Positions 1 to 9,357 of a stretch of DNA of 64,000 nt are shown in pieces (position 1 is the first letter of the stretch; the number at the start of each line of letters is the position of its first letter). Both the position numbers and the translations under genes were made by a program. The stretch is from Rickettsiales bacterium UBA6177 (GTDB taxonomy: Bacteria > Pseudomonadota > Alphaproteobacteria > Rickettsiales > UBA6177), in the NCBI GenBank assembly GCA_002422875.1, contig DITT01000028.1:20861-84860 (forward strand), given 5' to 3'. Below the pieces are notes generated by a model that worked only from the letters and a program-made list of their open reading frames with translations, ran no database searches and had not been told where the DNA came from.

Positions 1-1
1 T

Positions 2-1429
2 GTAAATAATTTAGACATCAGTAAATACGGAAAATTAAGATCAAAAATAATCTTCTCTAAGGAAACAGAAAATGCTGTTCAAAACTCAGAAAATGTATCT
101 GTTGTAAGATCAGATAATAAGAGAAGTTTATCTGGTCATGATAAAATATATGCTGTTTTGCGAGTACAAGATCATAAAAAGCAATATATTGGATATTTAT
201 CTCTTCATATTGACATAGAAAGGTGGTTGTTTAATATTCAAAATAAAATTCATGACAAAGGTTTAATTCTTAGTATCGCAGATAAAATTAGCAACAAAGT
301 AGGATTTGCCACAGAGACTCAAATTGAATCCATTAGTTTTACTAATATGGTGTCGCAGTGTAAGTTTAACAAAAATATAAATTTAACCAGTTCAAACTAT
401 AGTTTTATACTTGGTTATAAAAAACAATTTTTCTGGGATGAACTTTTTAGTAGATTCCGTCCTCAAGTTTTTATTGGAATCATTTCATTCGCTACTTTTT
501 CATTATTTCTCTTCTTGAATAAACGGAAAATTAATGATCATTATTATAAAAAATTTAAGCATGAATTAGAGGCTTTATCTAACATTTGCTCTAAATATAC
601 ACAAGAGCTAGAGCTTCTAAAAAATAATTATCAACAAAATGAAAATTTTTTTGAGTCTGAACTTAGTAATAAAAATAAAGAGCTTGAATGTTACAAGGTT
701 AGTTATAATGAAAAAGCTAAGCTAGCATCCTTACACCATAATAAAGTTGTTAGGGAGCTAGAGAATATTAGAACTTTAATAGCTCAGCTTTCAGAAATGG
801 ATATTGGCTCCCCAGTTAATTTGTCTGTTTTTGAGAAAAATAGTATCATTGCTGAATTGAATTCGAAAGTACAATTTTTACCATACATTACGATAGATGA
901 TAATGATATTCTAGATATAGAAGCAACCATTTTATCAGTTAGGAATATTTATTTATATGATTTACTCGGTAAAGAAATTGATTTTTCATATAAGATAGCG
1001 CCCAAAATTAGAACTCTTAAATTTAATAGTTTATTATTCATTCAAGCTCTCTCCAGTTTTGTATATCTATGTCTTGATGCTGCAAAAAGAAAGGGATTCA
1101 TTAAAATTGAAGTTTCTAAAATACAAGAAAATCAAAAAGAATTAATTTTGATTAAAATAAAAGATAATGGCTTTTATCTAGATAAAGATGTTGGTGAGAT
1201 ATTGTATTTAGAAAAGAAAAATAGTTTTTCTTACCCATTGGAAATTAATTTAGATTTACTTCGGGCAATCTTTGAACAACAAAATTGTGATTACATTATT
1301 TCTTTTAATGATGATATAAAAACTCAGGAATTATATTTTTATCAGGAAAAAGAAGAAGATAAGAATAATGCAACAGAAGTAAGTAGTAGCAATGTTATTA
1401 AGCTTAGAAATAATAAAAAGCAAGACTAG
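2..1429 (+). CDS. Sensor histidine-kinase-like protein, 5'-partial, degenerate catalytic domain
   Basis: This frame has no stop from nt 2, so the listed TTG start at 158 is probably internal and the gene begins left of the window. It has one TM segment (FIGIISFATFSLFLFL), a coiled coil, then HATPase_c-like N-box/G1 remnants (LCLDAAKRKGFIKIEV, IKIKDNGFYLD). The layout resembles the hybrid kinase at 59275-61599. Confidence 0.5.
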   Translation, partial: VNNLDISKYGKLRSKIIFSKETENAVQNSENVSVVRSDNKRSLSGHDKIYAVLRVQDHKKQYIGYLSLHIDIERWLFNIQNKIHDKGLILSIADKISNKVGFATETQIESISFTNMVSQCKFNKNINLTSSNYSFILGYKKQFFWDELFSRFRPQVFIGIISFATFSLFLFLNKRKINDHYYKKFKHELEALSNICSKYTQELELLKNNYQQNENFFESELSNKNKELECYKVSYNEKAKLASLHHNKVVRELENIRTLIAQLSEMDIGSPVNLSVFEKNSIIAELNSKVQFLPYITIDDNDILDIEATILSVRNIYLYDLLGKEIDFSYKIAPKIRTLKFNSLLFIQALSSFVYLCLDAAKRKGFIKIEVSKIQENQKELILIKIKDNGFYLDKDVGEILYLEKKNSFSYPLEINLDLLRAIFEQQNCDYIISFNDDIKTQELYFYQEKEEDKNNATEVSSSNVIKLRNNKKQD

Positions 1430-3836
1430 CAAGATATTTTATATATTTGCCTTACAGATTTTTGTATTGTTTATATCTTATCAGAGTGCATCTGCTAAAC
1501 AGAGCCTTACTTTGGTTTGGAATATATCTAATTCAAATGAATATTTTGTTGGTAGAAAGAATGTACTAGATCTTATACACAAAAATTTTAAGGATACTAA
1601 TATTATTAGCATAGTGGGTCCAGCAGGAATTGGCAAGACTCAAATAGCTAAAAAATATACAGAGATATACAAGAAAGAATATGATATAGTTTGGTGGATA
1701 GATGCTGATAAATCAAAAAACATTGATGAGCAATTTAAAAAACTTGCCGAGGCAATTAATAATTTAGAATTAGATAATAATAATAAAATTAATACGTTTT
1801 CTTCATTAGATGAAATTGTAAATCAAACAAAAGAAATGTTAAGAACGAAATCATTAAAATGGCTATTAGTTTTTGACAACTCTTTTGATATGGCTAGTAT
1901 AAAAAGATACTTACCTGAAAAGCAAAACTTAAAAAGTGATGGGAATATAATGATTACATCAAAAAATCCTTTAGAATGGCATAAAATTGAAACAATAAAT
2001 AGTTTTACTAGAAAAGAATCAATAGAATTACTAGTAAAAATTACAAATATTAATGATGTTACGGGAGCTAATGAACTTGCTGAGACCCTTAAAGACTTTC
2101 CCCTTGCTTTAGTACAAGCTGCTACTTATATAAAGCTTCACCCAACAATTTCTTTTGAAGAATATAAAGAAAGCTTTTTAAGCAATAGAGCAAAATTATG
2201 GGAAGTAGAAAACAAAGCAGTTACAAAACACTCAGCTTTTGATAACTATGATTTTACAGTTTTTACTACTCTCTCTATGATTATCAAAGAACTAGAAAAT
2301 TATACAAAGCATTCTTTGGATTTATTAGCTTTATGTTCATTTGTGCATAATAAAAATATTCCTAAATCATTGTTTATACAGTACTTGAATGATATTGGCA
2401 TCACTAACAGGCTTGAACAAGAAGAAATAATTGCAGTACTGTTAAAATACTCTTTAATTCAACCTAATGTACTTAAGGGTAATTATAGCAATTTAAATTT
2501 TAATAAAGACTTTACAAAGGGGCTATATAATACTTTTACAATTCATGAAATCATACAGTTAGCAATACAAGATTATCTTAATATCAATCAAAAACATAAA
2601 TATATAACCAACACGTTGCATAGCATTATAAAATTTTTGCCAGATAAATTATGTTTTTATATACCAATGATTGACGAAACGGACAATCTATTAAATCATA
2701 TTAATAATACAATTAGTAATGCTTCAAAATATAATATTATTAACGATAATTTAATTATACTAAAAATAAGAGAACTTGAGTATTTTTTATCTGGCAAAAG
2801 AGACTTTGCAACTAGTAAAGATCTAATTGCTAAAATCGAAGAAGATTTTAGAGAAATAAACCCATCAGAAATCTCTATAATTAGATTTAACATTATGAAA
2901 GGCTTGTATAAAGCATGGAGCGCGCTTGCTTACAAAGAAGCAATTTTAGAATTTAAAAAAGCATTATATATTGTTAAGCAATACAATCAAAAGTATTTTG
3001 AAGAGAAATTAATGATTTATAATGGATTGATACAATCCTATGCATTTAGTGGAGATAGGAATAGTGCCTTAACTTTTGTTTCTCTTGGGGAGCGACTAAT
3101 TCATGAATCTAAGGAGTTTATTGGAAATAAAGATACTTTTTATCATAGCCTTGCTAAAATTTATATGGACAATGAGCAATTTGACTTAGCTTTAAAATAT
3201 AACAGAAAATCAATAAAAAATTTAATTAGAGCAAAAAATACTGTTTTATTAGGGGATTTACCTTTTTATATCCTGCAATCAGAACTTCTTATAAGAACTG
3301 ATCAACGTACTAAAGCTTTTGATAGAACCAATTTCTTATATAGAATTACAAAGGATATATTAGGTGATAGCGATCATATAAGTATGGCAAGAATTATGAT
3401 TTTATATGGTTACTCTATTATTATAACTGATAATAATAATTCAAAAAAGTTAATTGGAATTAAAATGATCCAGGAAGCTCAAGATATGCTAAAAAGAATT
3501 TTGGGAGGAAAATATAATAGCAGCTCTATACAAGCTTTAAGTCATATATTTCTAGGAGATATTTATCATGGATCACAAAAATATGCAGAATCTCTTGCGG
3601 AGTACAATATAGCTGAAGAAATATTAAATAACTATTACGGTTACGGTAACTTACTTTCAAGTGATGCAAGTGACTTGTACTCCAAGCTTGCAATTTTGTA
3701 TATAAAATTAGAAGATATTGATTCTGCACAGAAATATCTTTCAAAGTTACAAAAAGACTTTGGGTATCAAAATCCTAAAACTATAAAGGTTATTAATTAC
3801 TTTTTAGAAAATAAAATTCCCGTGGGTTTTAATTAA
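1392..3836 (+). CDS. NB-ARC/STAND P-loop NTPase with C-terminal TPR repeats and an N-terminal signal/anchor segment
   Basis: Walker A is GPAGIGKTQIAKKY and Walker B is WLLVFDNS. An ITSKN motif and a GLPLAL-type motif (DFPLALVQAATY) are present. The C-terminal half has TPR-like repeats (LAKIYMDNEQFDLALKYNRKSI, LGDIYHGSQKYAESLAEYNIAEE). The N-terminus is hydrophobic and ends in SASA. Confidence 0.75.
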   Translation: MLLSLEIIKSKTSKIFYIFALQIFVLFISYQSASAKQSLTLVWNISNSNEYFVGRKNVLDLIHKNFKDTNIISIVGPAGIGKTQIAKKYTEIYKKEYDIVWWIDADKSKNIDEQFKKLAEAINNLELDNNNKINTFSSLDEIVNQTKEMLRTKSLKWLLVFDNSFDMASIKRYLPEKQNLKSDGNIMITSKNPLEWHKIETINSFTRKESIELLVKITNINDVTGANELAETLKDFPLALVQAATYIKLHPTISFEEYKESFLSNRAKLWEVENKAVTKHSAFDNYDFTVFTTLSMIIKELENYTKHSLDLLALCSFVHNKNIPKSLFIQYLNDIGITNRLEQEEIIAVLLKYSLIQPNVLKGNYSNLNFNKDFTKGLYNTFTIHEIIQLAIQDYLNINQKHKYITNTLHSIIKFLPDKLCFYIPMIDETDNLLNHINNTISNASKYNIINDNLIILKIRELEYFLSGKRDFATSKDLIAKIEEDFREINPSEISIIRFNIMKGLYKAWSALAYKEAILEFKKALYIVKQYNQKYFEEKLMIYNGLIQSYAFSGDRNSALTFVSLGERLIHESKEFIGNKDTFYHSLAKIYMDNEQFDLALKYNRKSIKNLIRAKNTVLLGDLPFYILQSELLIRTDQRTKAFDRTNFLYRITKDILGDSDHISMARIMILYGYSIIITDNNNSKKLIGIKMIQEAQDMLKRILGGKYNSSSIQALSHIFLGDIYHGSQKYAESLAEYNIAEEILNNYYGYGNLLSSDASDLYSKLAILYIKLEDIDSAQKYLSKLQKDFGYQNPKTIKVINYFLENKIPVGFN

Positions 3837-3849
3837 ACAAATATCATTT

Positions 3850-4053
3850 TTATATTTTTGTATTTCGTTCAATAAATTCCATTATATCTGAATATTTATA
3901 CCTAACATTTTTTCCTATTTTTATACAAGGTAAATCATACCTTTTATTATATTTCCATGTTGCAAGGGTCCCTTCATTACATCCAAGAAGTTTAGCAGCT
4001 TCTTTTCTAGTCAAGAGTTTGAGTGATGCGCTTATATAATTACTTTGTTCCAT
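3850..4053 (-). CDS. Excisionase/AlpA-type helix-turn-helix DNA-binding protein (HTH_17-like)
   Basis: This 67-aa protein carries LLTRKEAAKLLGCNEGTLATWKY...IKIGKNVRYKYSDIMEFI, which matches the MerR-superfamily excisionase pattern. Confidence 0.6.
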   Translation of the reverse strand: MEQSNYISASLKLLTRKEAAKLLGCNEGTLATWKYNKRYDLPCIKIGKNVRYKYSDIMEFIERNTKI

Positions 4054-4232
4054 GTTATACCTTTTTTAAGTTGGTTTAGATAAATACCATATTGTATTTA
4101 TACTATATTACTCTATATGTAAATAGTTGTATATAAAATTTTTCTATTTTTATAATGTGAATTTGAAGTAGTTATTTTAAAGAATAGAAATAGATAGAGC
4201 AAAAGTCATAAAAAATTAGGAACAGACAGTGA

Positions 4233-4727
4233 TTAAATGCTTTTATCAAGTAACCATTCTATAAGTGACTCATCGGCGATAGTTTTTTCTTTACGTAAAG
4301 AATAATTGTAAACTTCAGTAGCTATGATTAAAGCTTTATCTGAAGTAATAGAAATATTCTTAGCTGAGATTTGTTTATTTAGTTCAGTTATTATTGATGT
4401 AAAGAGCTTAGGATCCCATTGATATGCATTAAATTCACTGAATTTTTCTTGTTGTGTGTTGTTTGATGTTTGAATGCTTCTGCCAAGGAGCTCATCTATG
4501 GAGCAATCAAATGTATCAGCAATTGCCTTTAGGGTCTCTGCAGTGGGGTTAGAAGAAGTACCTATAAGAATATTATTTATAGTACCGATATTAAGACCAG
4601 ATTTTCGCTCTAATGCTCGTATGTTGGTTCCAGCAGCTTCTATTCTGCTTTTTATTTGCGCCCTCAAGTTACTGATCATTTCATTATCTTTATGAAGTGC
4701 AGTTTTAGCTTTATTTAATGCTGACAT
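4233..4727 (-). CDS. XRE/Cro-CI family transcriptional regulator
   Basis: The HTH segment is RALERKSGLNIGTINNILIGTSSNPTAETLKAIADTFDCSIDELLG. The gene is divergent from the + strand operon that starts at 4887. Confidence 0.7.
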   Translation of the reverse strand: MSALNKAKTALHKDNEMISNLRAQIKSRIEAAGTNIRALERKSGLNIGTINNILIGTSSNPTAETLKAIADTFDCSIDELLGRSIQTSNNTQQEKFSEFNAYQWDPKLFTSIITELNKQISAKNISITSDKALIIATEVYNYSLRKEKTIADESLIEWLLDKSI

Positions 4728-4886
4728 GTCACATACCCTAAATATTATTCTTGTAGTAACTTTATATATGTAGTATACGTATTGTATAAATATAGTATAT
4801 ATGTTATATAGAGTTATATCAATATATTTCTAGATATATCATAATATATGTACTTTAGCTATAATAATTTTTTGTAGTTTTAATAT

Positions 4887-5879
4887 ATGTATAATTTTAA
4901 TAAAGTTTTAGAAAATAATCCCCTATTTCAAAATGAATCTTTTACAAAAAGAGAGGCATTTTCATGGTTAGTCAATAATTCTATCGATGGTCAACTTTCT
5001 ATTACTACAAATATGCTTTCATTAAAATGGAACTGGCATGTTTCAAAAGTTAAAAGATTTATATCTAGGCTTCAAGAAGAATCATTGATTACTAAAACTC
5101 TTAAATCTGGCAAGTTATTTATAAAAATTATATCTTGTCACAATGACTTACAAGCCACTCTTACAAATTATCAATCAGACCAAAATCAAACCAATAATAG
5201 GCTGGCTACATCTATTGCAAATACTGGTGCATCAGAGATTTGCGAACTGGATGCGAACCAAGGATGTATAGATAATGGTTACCTTTTAAGTAAGCAAACC
5301 ACAAATAGGCTTAGTGCAAGTACTGAAAACTCTGTTCTTTCAGCAAATAGCAGACCAGAAACAGACCAAGATTTAAGTGATTGCAAAAAACAAGAAAAGA
5401 AAAAAAGAACCAAAAAAAGAAAAGAAATAAATACAAAAGAAAAATATATCCCCTATAGGGATATACAAAAAGAAAAGAAATGTGTTGAAAAAGCTGATGA
5501 AGAGCTTCTCACTTCAAACGATTCTCATCAGGGGTATAAAACTCAAACCAACACTGAAAGCAGCAAAGTTAGACATCTAATTTTCCAGATAGATTTAGCA
5601 GATATCAAGTCTTGGGCTAAAGAAACACTACCAATTGAAATCGATATTCTCTGGGAACTAGCCAAATTCCAAGATTACTGGATGTCATGTTCAAGAAAAT
5701 TACCAAAAAATGGCTCAGCAGCCTTTAGAAACTGGCTAAGAAGAATAGCAGAAAATGAAATTAACAACAGAGGTACAAATGAAAGATTTAGTTTTAAAAA
5801 CCAAAAACGGCACAGTACAGACTTTGAAAGATTCCTTACCGGGGGAGCTAGAGCACTTGATGAAATCAACGGAGATTGA
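4887..5879 (+). CDS. Hypothetical protein, possible winged-helix DNA-binding / replication-associated protein
   Basis: This is a long ORF. The N-terminus looks wHTH-like (FTKREAFSWLVNN...VSKVKRFISRLQEESLI). It has a lysine-rich tract (KKQEKKKRTKKRKE). The C-terminal FQDYWMSCSRKLPKNGSAAFRNWLRR resembles a motif common in phage and plasmid replication-organiser proteins. Family not assigned. Confidence 0.35.
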   Translation: MYNFNKVLENNPLFQNESFTKREAFSWLVNNSIDGQLSITTNMLSLKWNWHVSKVKRFISRLQEESLITKTLKSGKLFIKIISCHNDLQATLTNYQSDQNQTNNRLATSIANTGASEICELDANQGCIDNGYLLSKQTTNRLSASTENSVLSANSRPETDQDLSDCKKQEKKKRTKKRKEINTKEKYIPYRDIQKEKKCVEKADEELLTSNDSHQGYKTQTNTESSKVRHLIFQIDLADIKSWAKETLPIEIDILWELAKFQDYWMSCSRKLPKNGSAAFRNWLRRIAENEINNRGTNERFSFKNQKRHSTDFERFLTGGARALDEINGD

Positions 5880-5892
5880 TTGGAGTGGAAAA

Positions 5893-6306
5893 ATGCTAGG
5901 AATAAGTCCTAATGTTAGTCGTACTGTACCTGTCATTGCTAAAAAATCTCGAGAATATGGTATGTTACTCATTGCTATTAGACAAATTGAGTTAGCATTA
6001 AAACCCGCAAAAGCAGGAGAAATTCTATGTTTACTTGCAAGACTTAAACTTCACTACACAACAAACTACGTATCATCTGAAGAGTTTAAGTATTTGCTTA
6101 GGGATTATCTAACTGATCTTGCCGAATATCCAAAAGATATACTAGAAAGTGCATGCATTAACTACCGCAAAAATACAGATAATCAGTTTTTTCCAAAGAT
6201 TGGACAATTGATTAAAATTATGGATCAAATTTGGTATCCAAGAAAAGCAAAGCTTACAAAGTTAAAGAAATTATTAGAAGTAAGTAATCAAAGCAAGGAG
6301 GTATGA
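5893..6306 (+). CDS. Hypothetical protein
   Basis: The ATG at 5893 is preceded by GGAG at 5883-5886. The upstream part of the listed ORF (5755-5892) overlaps the preceding gene in another frame. No recognisable motif. Confidence 0.4.
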   Translation: MLGISPNVSRTVPVIAKKSREYGMLLIAIRQIELALKPAKAGEILCLLARLKLHYTTNYVSSEEFKYLLRDYLTDLAEYPKDILESACINYRKNTDNQFFPKIGQLIKIMDQIWYPRKAKLTKLKKLLEVSNQSKEV

Positions 6307-6370
6307 GTAGGTCAAAGACAAATTATAAATCAGGTAAAATTTTAATAATAGAAAAAAAGGAATAAAAAAA

Positions 6371-6676
6371 ATGAAAATATTTAAAGAAATAAAAAACACA
6401 AAATTTAGCACCGCAACAAAGATAGCATGTATAGGAGGAGCAATGCTAATTCTTCCTCAATTAAGCCATGCAGCAGGCCCTGATGCTTTTGCTGATATTT
6501 TAACTAAAGCAAATGGCTGGGTTGGAGGAAGTGCTGGTAAGTTAATTACTTTTAGCTCACTTGCAATCGCAGGCATTATGGGGATTGCAGGATTCCCTGC
6601 AAAACATGTTGCTGGAGCTGTAGGTGTTGGCTTGTTGCTTTCATCTGCTAATAGCATAGTAAACATGATTTTCTAA
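6371..6676 (+). CDS. Candidate conjugative propilin (TraA/VirB2-like)
   Basis: This is the first gene of the tra operon, directly upstream of traL. It encodes 101 aa with a leader ending LSHA/AG. The mature part has two Gly/Ala-rich hydrophobic helices (ITFSSLAIAGIMGIAGF, AGAVGVGLLLSSANSIV). Confidence 0.45.
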   Translation: MKIFKEIKNTKFSTATKIACIGGAMLILPQLSHAAGPDAFADILTKANGWVGGSAGKLITFSSLAIAGIMGIAGFPAKHVAGAVGVGLLLSSANSIVNMIF

Positions 6677-6703
6677 TGAAGTTCATAAGCTAAGGTACAA
6701 TCT

Positions 6704-6985
6704 ATGAGTTATAGAATTCCCCGCACACTTGATAATCCGATGAGAGCTCTTGGAGTACCTATTGATATGTTGCTTGTATTTATGGGTTTCTGGAGTTGCT
6801 TTGTTTTATTTGATAGTGGTCTTTACGGCATACCTATTGGAATTATAGCAGCAGGAGTGTTTGGTAGGTTTAGAGAAAGATCGATAGTTAGAAAACTTAT
6901 TAGATTTTTATATTGGTACCTACCTTGCGAAATGAACTTCATTAAGTGCGTTAAGGGTCATGAGAGGAAATTAAAATGCAATTAG
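6704..6985 (+). CDS. traL: F-type T4SS protein TraL
   Basis: The size (93 aa), the position before traE, and the N-terminal RIPRTLDNPMRALGVPIDMLLVF followed by TM helices all fit TraL. Confidence 0.7.
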   Translation: MSYRIPRTLDNPMRALGVPIDMLLVFMGFWSCFVLFDSGLYGIPIGIIAAGVFGRFRERSIVRKLIRFLYWYLPCEMNFIKCVKGHERKLKCN

Positions 6986-7518
6986 AGTATCGCAAACTAA
7001 GATTACAGCGAAATATACTAAGCATAATAATTTTATGTTTAATAGTTTCTAATACAGTTTTAGCTCTAAAACTTCATTCTATAAAAACTATCACTAGGCT
7101 AGTACCAACTATTAATGCTGAACAAATAATAAGTGAAGATTTTGTTAATGACGAGGCATTAAGAGTGAGAGCAAGAGAAGTAATATGGTTATTATTTTCA
7201 ATGAAAAAAGAAAATGTAGATATAAATTCTGCTGCACTTTTAAGGCTTGTCGATAATGCTTGTATAGATAATTTCAAAAAACAAATTGAAAATCTAGCAT
7301 CAGATATTAGCAATAAAAATTATCGCTATGTTTTCACTGAGCAAGGATATGAGTTTGATAATCATAAATTCACCGTAAAGGTAAAAGGTTATCTTGAGAC
7401 ATATATGGCAGGTAAGCAATTATCCGAAATCTATAAAAAATATCTAATTACATTTCTAAATCGTGGTGGTGTTCTAACTGTTAAGAGTTTTGAAGAGGTA
7501 AATGATGAGAGTAAGTAG
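6976..7518 (+). CDS. traE: F-type T4SS protein TraE
   Basis: This 180-aa protein has a single N-terminal TM (ILSIIILCLIVSNTVLAL). It sits in the syntenic traL-traE-traK-traB position and overlaps the traL stop. Confidence 0.65.
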   Translation: MQLEYRKLRLQRNILSIIILCLIVSNTVLALKLHSIKTITRLVPTINAEQIISEDFVNDEALRVRAREVIWLLFSMKKENVDINSAALLRLVDNACIDNFKKQIENLASDISNKNYRYVFTEQGYEFDNHKFTVKVKGYLETYMAGKQLSEIYKKYLITFLNRGGVLTVKSFEEVNDESK

Positions 7519-7900
7519 TTTTGCTATTTTCGTATTATTAATAATTTCGTTTAGTTTTAGCGCATATGCTGATCAAAGCTTTTATCTAAAAACTAATGAA
7601 AACTCAATTAAAGCAGTGATTTCAAAAACTGAGATTACTCGGATTTCTTTTTTAAGTGATATTGAAAGCATTCATACCCTTAAAGGTGAGATTGAATATG
7701 AGATAGTAGGCAAAGATTTATATTTAAGAGCAAATATAGATAAGCCAATAAATTTCTTTATTAAAATTGCTTCAGGCAAAATTTACAAATTTATTGCAAG
7801 CGTTGAAAACATCCCAGCTCAGCAAATTTTTATTAGATCGCAAGCTTTAAAGAGTAGAGAGCAATCTTGCCAACCTAATTACAAAGTAAAAGGACAATAA
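7502..7900 (+). CDS. traK: Short TraK-like protein (N-terminal TraK domain only)
   Basis: It has a signal peptide (FSFSAYA/DQ) and a TraK_N-like pattern (ISKTEITRISF..., YLRAN...FFIKIASGKIYKFI...PAQQIFI). It sits between traE and traB and is about half the length of F TraK. Confidence 0.5.
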   Translation: MMRVSSFAIFVLLIISFSFSAYADQSFYLKTNENSIKAVISKTEITRISFLSDIESIHTLKGEIEYEIVGKDLYLRANIDKPINFFIKIASGKIYKFIASVENIPAQQIFIRSQALKSREQSCQPNYKVKGQ

Positions 7901-7901
7901 C

Positions 7902-9134
7902 ATGAAGTTAGAAAAAGTAACAAAAATTGTTTTAAAGCTGTTTGATAAAATCAAGCAGCGATTAAGTAATGTATTTATAGCAAAAGAAAATGAACCTCAA
8001 ATAGTTAGAACTAAGCATATTAGACTCGGAATCTTATTATTTGCTGCATTTATTGGGATGTGCTTTTTAATTATTGAGTTTGGGAATAGAAAACCAAATC
8101 AAAATATTGCACCCAATAAACTAAAAGAAAAAATTAATGCGAATGTTTCAGCTATAGAGTCATTAACTAAGGGAGTTAGTAATGAGCAAACTTGGACTGA
8201 AATTCGTGGTAAGGAAGTTGATGAAATTAAAAATAAACAGATAGCAGTTGATGCAAAACATTCAGAGCTAGAAGAAAAAATCCTTAGCAATAATGTAAGC
8301 AAAGATGAGCTTGCCGATCTTATATTAAAACTTAAGACTGACATTGAAGAAACATATAATTCAAAGCTACAAAATGCAATTGGTCAAATATTAGAAGAAA
8401 ATTCTAAAAAAGTACCTCAAGCTGAAATTGAATCTACAATTATAAAACCAAAGAAGAAAATAAAGAAGGTAGGTGAATATATACCCGCTAATAGTTATGT
8501 TCAGGCAAAGCTAATATCAGGAGTAGATGCTGGTGTTGGCATATCATCTGAGGCAAATCCAAGACATACTCTACTTCGTATTACTGGGGAGACTATTTCA
8601 GCAGGAATTGGTGCTGATTTTCTAAAAACAAACAGATTAGTTGGGTGCTTATTATCTGCAAAAGCAGTTGGAGATATATCAAGTGAAAAAGCATATCTTG
8701 ATGGAGTATTACTCACATGCGCTATTGATAAACAAACAGCAATTGAAGTGCCAGTCAAAGCTTATATTACTTCACAAGCAAAATCTGGCATTAGAGGAGA
8801 AGTTGTATCGCGTGAAGGTGATATGGTTTTAAAAAGTTTTCTATCTGGAATGGCTTCAGGATTTGGCAGTGGTGTACAACAACTTAGCCAACCACAGTTT
8901 TCTTTAAATAGTTCAGGAATGAGCTCAAATAAACAATCTGCTAATGATTTATTGCGAGGCGGTCTTGGATCAGGAGTAAGTAGCAGTAGCGACACTTTAT
9001 CTCAGTATTTCATAAAGAGAGCTGAGCAATATCAGCCGGTAATTTCTGTTGATGAAGGTACTGAAGTCTATGTTGTATTTCAAGAAGGATTTAGCCTAAA
9101 GGAGGAAGATGAAAATGCAAAAAAATCTCACTAA
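7902..9134 (+). CDS. traB: F-type T4SS protein TraB (VirB10-like)
   Basis: It has an N-terminal TM, a coiled-coil linker and a VirB10-like C-terminal beta domain (AKLISGVDAGVG...LLRITGE...EVYVVF). It is in the syntenic position. Confidence 0.7.
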   Translation: MKLEKVTKIVLKLFDKIKQRLSNVFIAKENEPQIVRTKHIRLGILLFAAFIGMCFLIIEFGNRKPNQNIAPNKLKEKINANVSAIESLTKGVSNEQTWTEIRGKEVDEIKNKQIAVDAKHSELEEKILSNNVSKDELADLILKLKTDIEETYNSKLQNAIGQILEENSKKVPQAEIESTIIKPKKKIKKVGEYIPANSYVQAKLISGVDAGVGISSEANPRHTLLRITGETISAGIGADFLKTNRLVGCLLSAKAVGDISSEKAYLDGVLLTCAIDKQTAIEVPVKAYITSQAKSGIRGEVVSREGDMVLKSFLSGMASGFGSGVQQLSQPQFSLNSSGMSSNKQSANDLLRGGLGSGVSSSSDTLSQYFIKRAEQYQPVISVDEGTEVYVVFQEGFSLKEEDENAKKSH

Positions 9135-9357
9135 AAGCTGCATATTTATAGTAATGGCTTTAACTTTATCAAATTGTGCTTCTTCGTATAAATCAACTTG
9201 GGATTGCCCAAAAGTTAGAGGTATTGGCTGTAGTTCTGTTGAATATGCTGACATGATTGCTTATGAGCAAATCAAAAACAAATTTAGCAAAAATTATAAA
9301 CCTACTACTCCCTGCTGTAATAGCTGCAATAACAAATATAAGATGGAGGCAAAATGA
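9109..9357 (+). CDS. traV: F-type T4SS lipoprotein TraV
   Basis: It has a lipobox (LTLSNC) and the cysteine pattern WDCPKVRGIGCSSV typical of TraV. It lies between traB and traC. Confidence 0.7.
   Translation: MKMQKNLTKSCIFIVMALTLSNCASSYKSTWDCPKVRGIGCSSVEYADMIAYEQIKNKFSKNYKPTTPCCNSCNNKYKMEAK

Noticed and set aside
4054-4886. A shared TTGTAT(A/T)(A/T)(A/T)TA-like motif (near 4092, 4127 and 4782) in the two intergenic regions flanking the XRE gene, as possible operators.
   Set aside because: The motif is short and pure AT-rich in AT-rich intergenic DNA, so chance occurrence is likely. There is no clear dyad symmetry or spacing.
5383-5445. The lysine-rich tract KKQEKKKRTKKRKEINTKEK, as a eukaryotic nuclear localisation signal.
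   Set aside because: It is encoded by a poly-A-rich stretch in a protein with DNA-binding-like features, sitting in the ICE regulatory region. A basic DNA-binding linker is the simpler explanation.
5755-5892. The upstream part of the 183-aa ORF that overlaps the 3' end of the 4887-5879 gene.
   Set aside because: A good GGAG-ATG start exists at 5893, just after the upstream stop. A long out-of-frame overlap is unnecessary.
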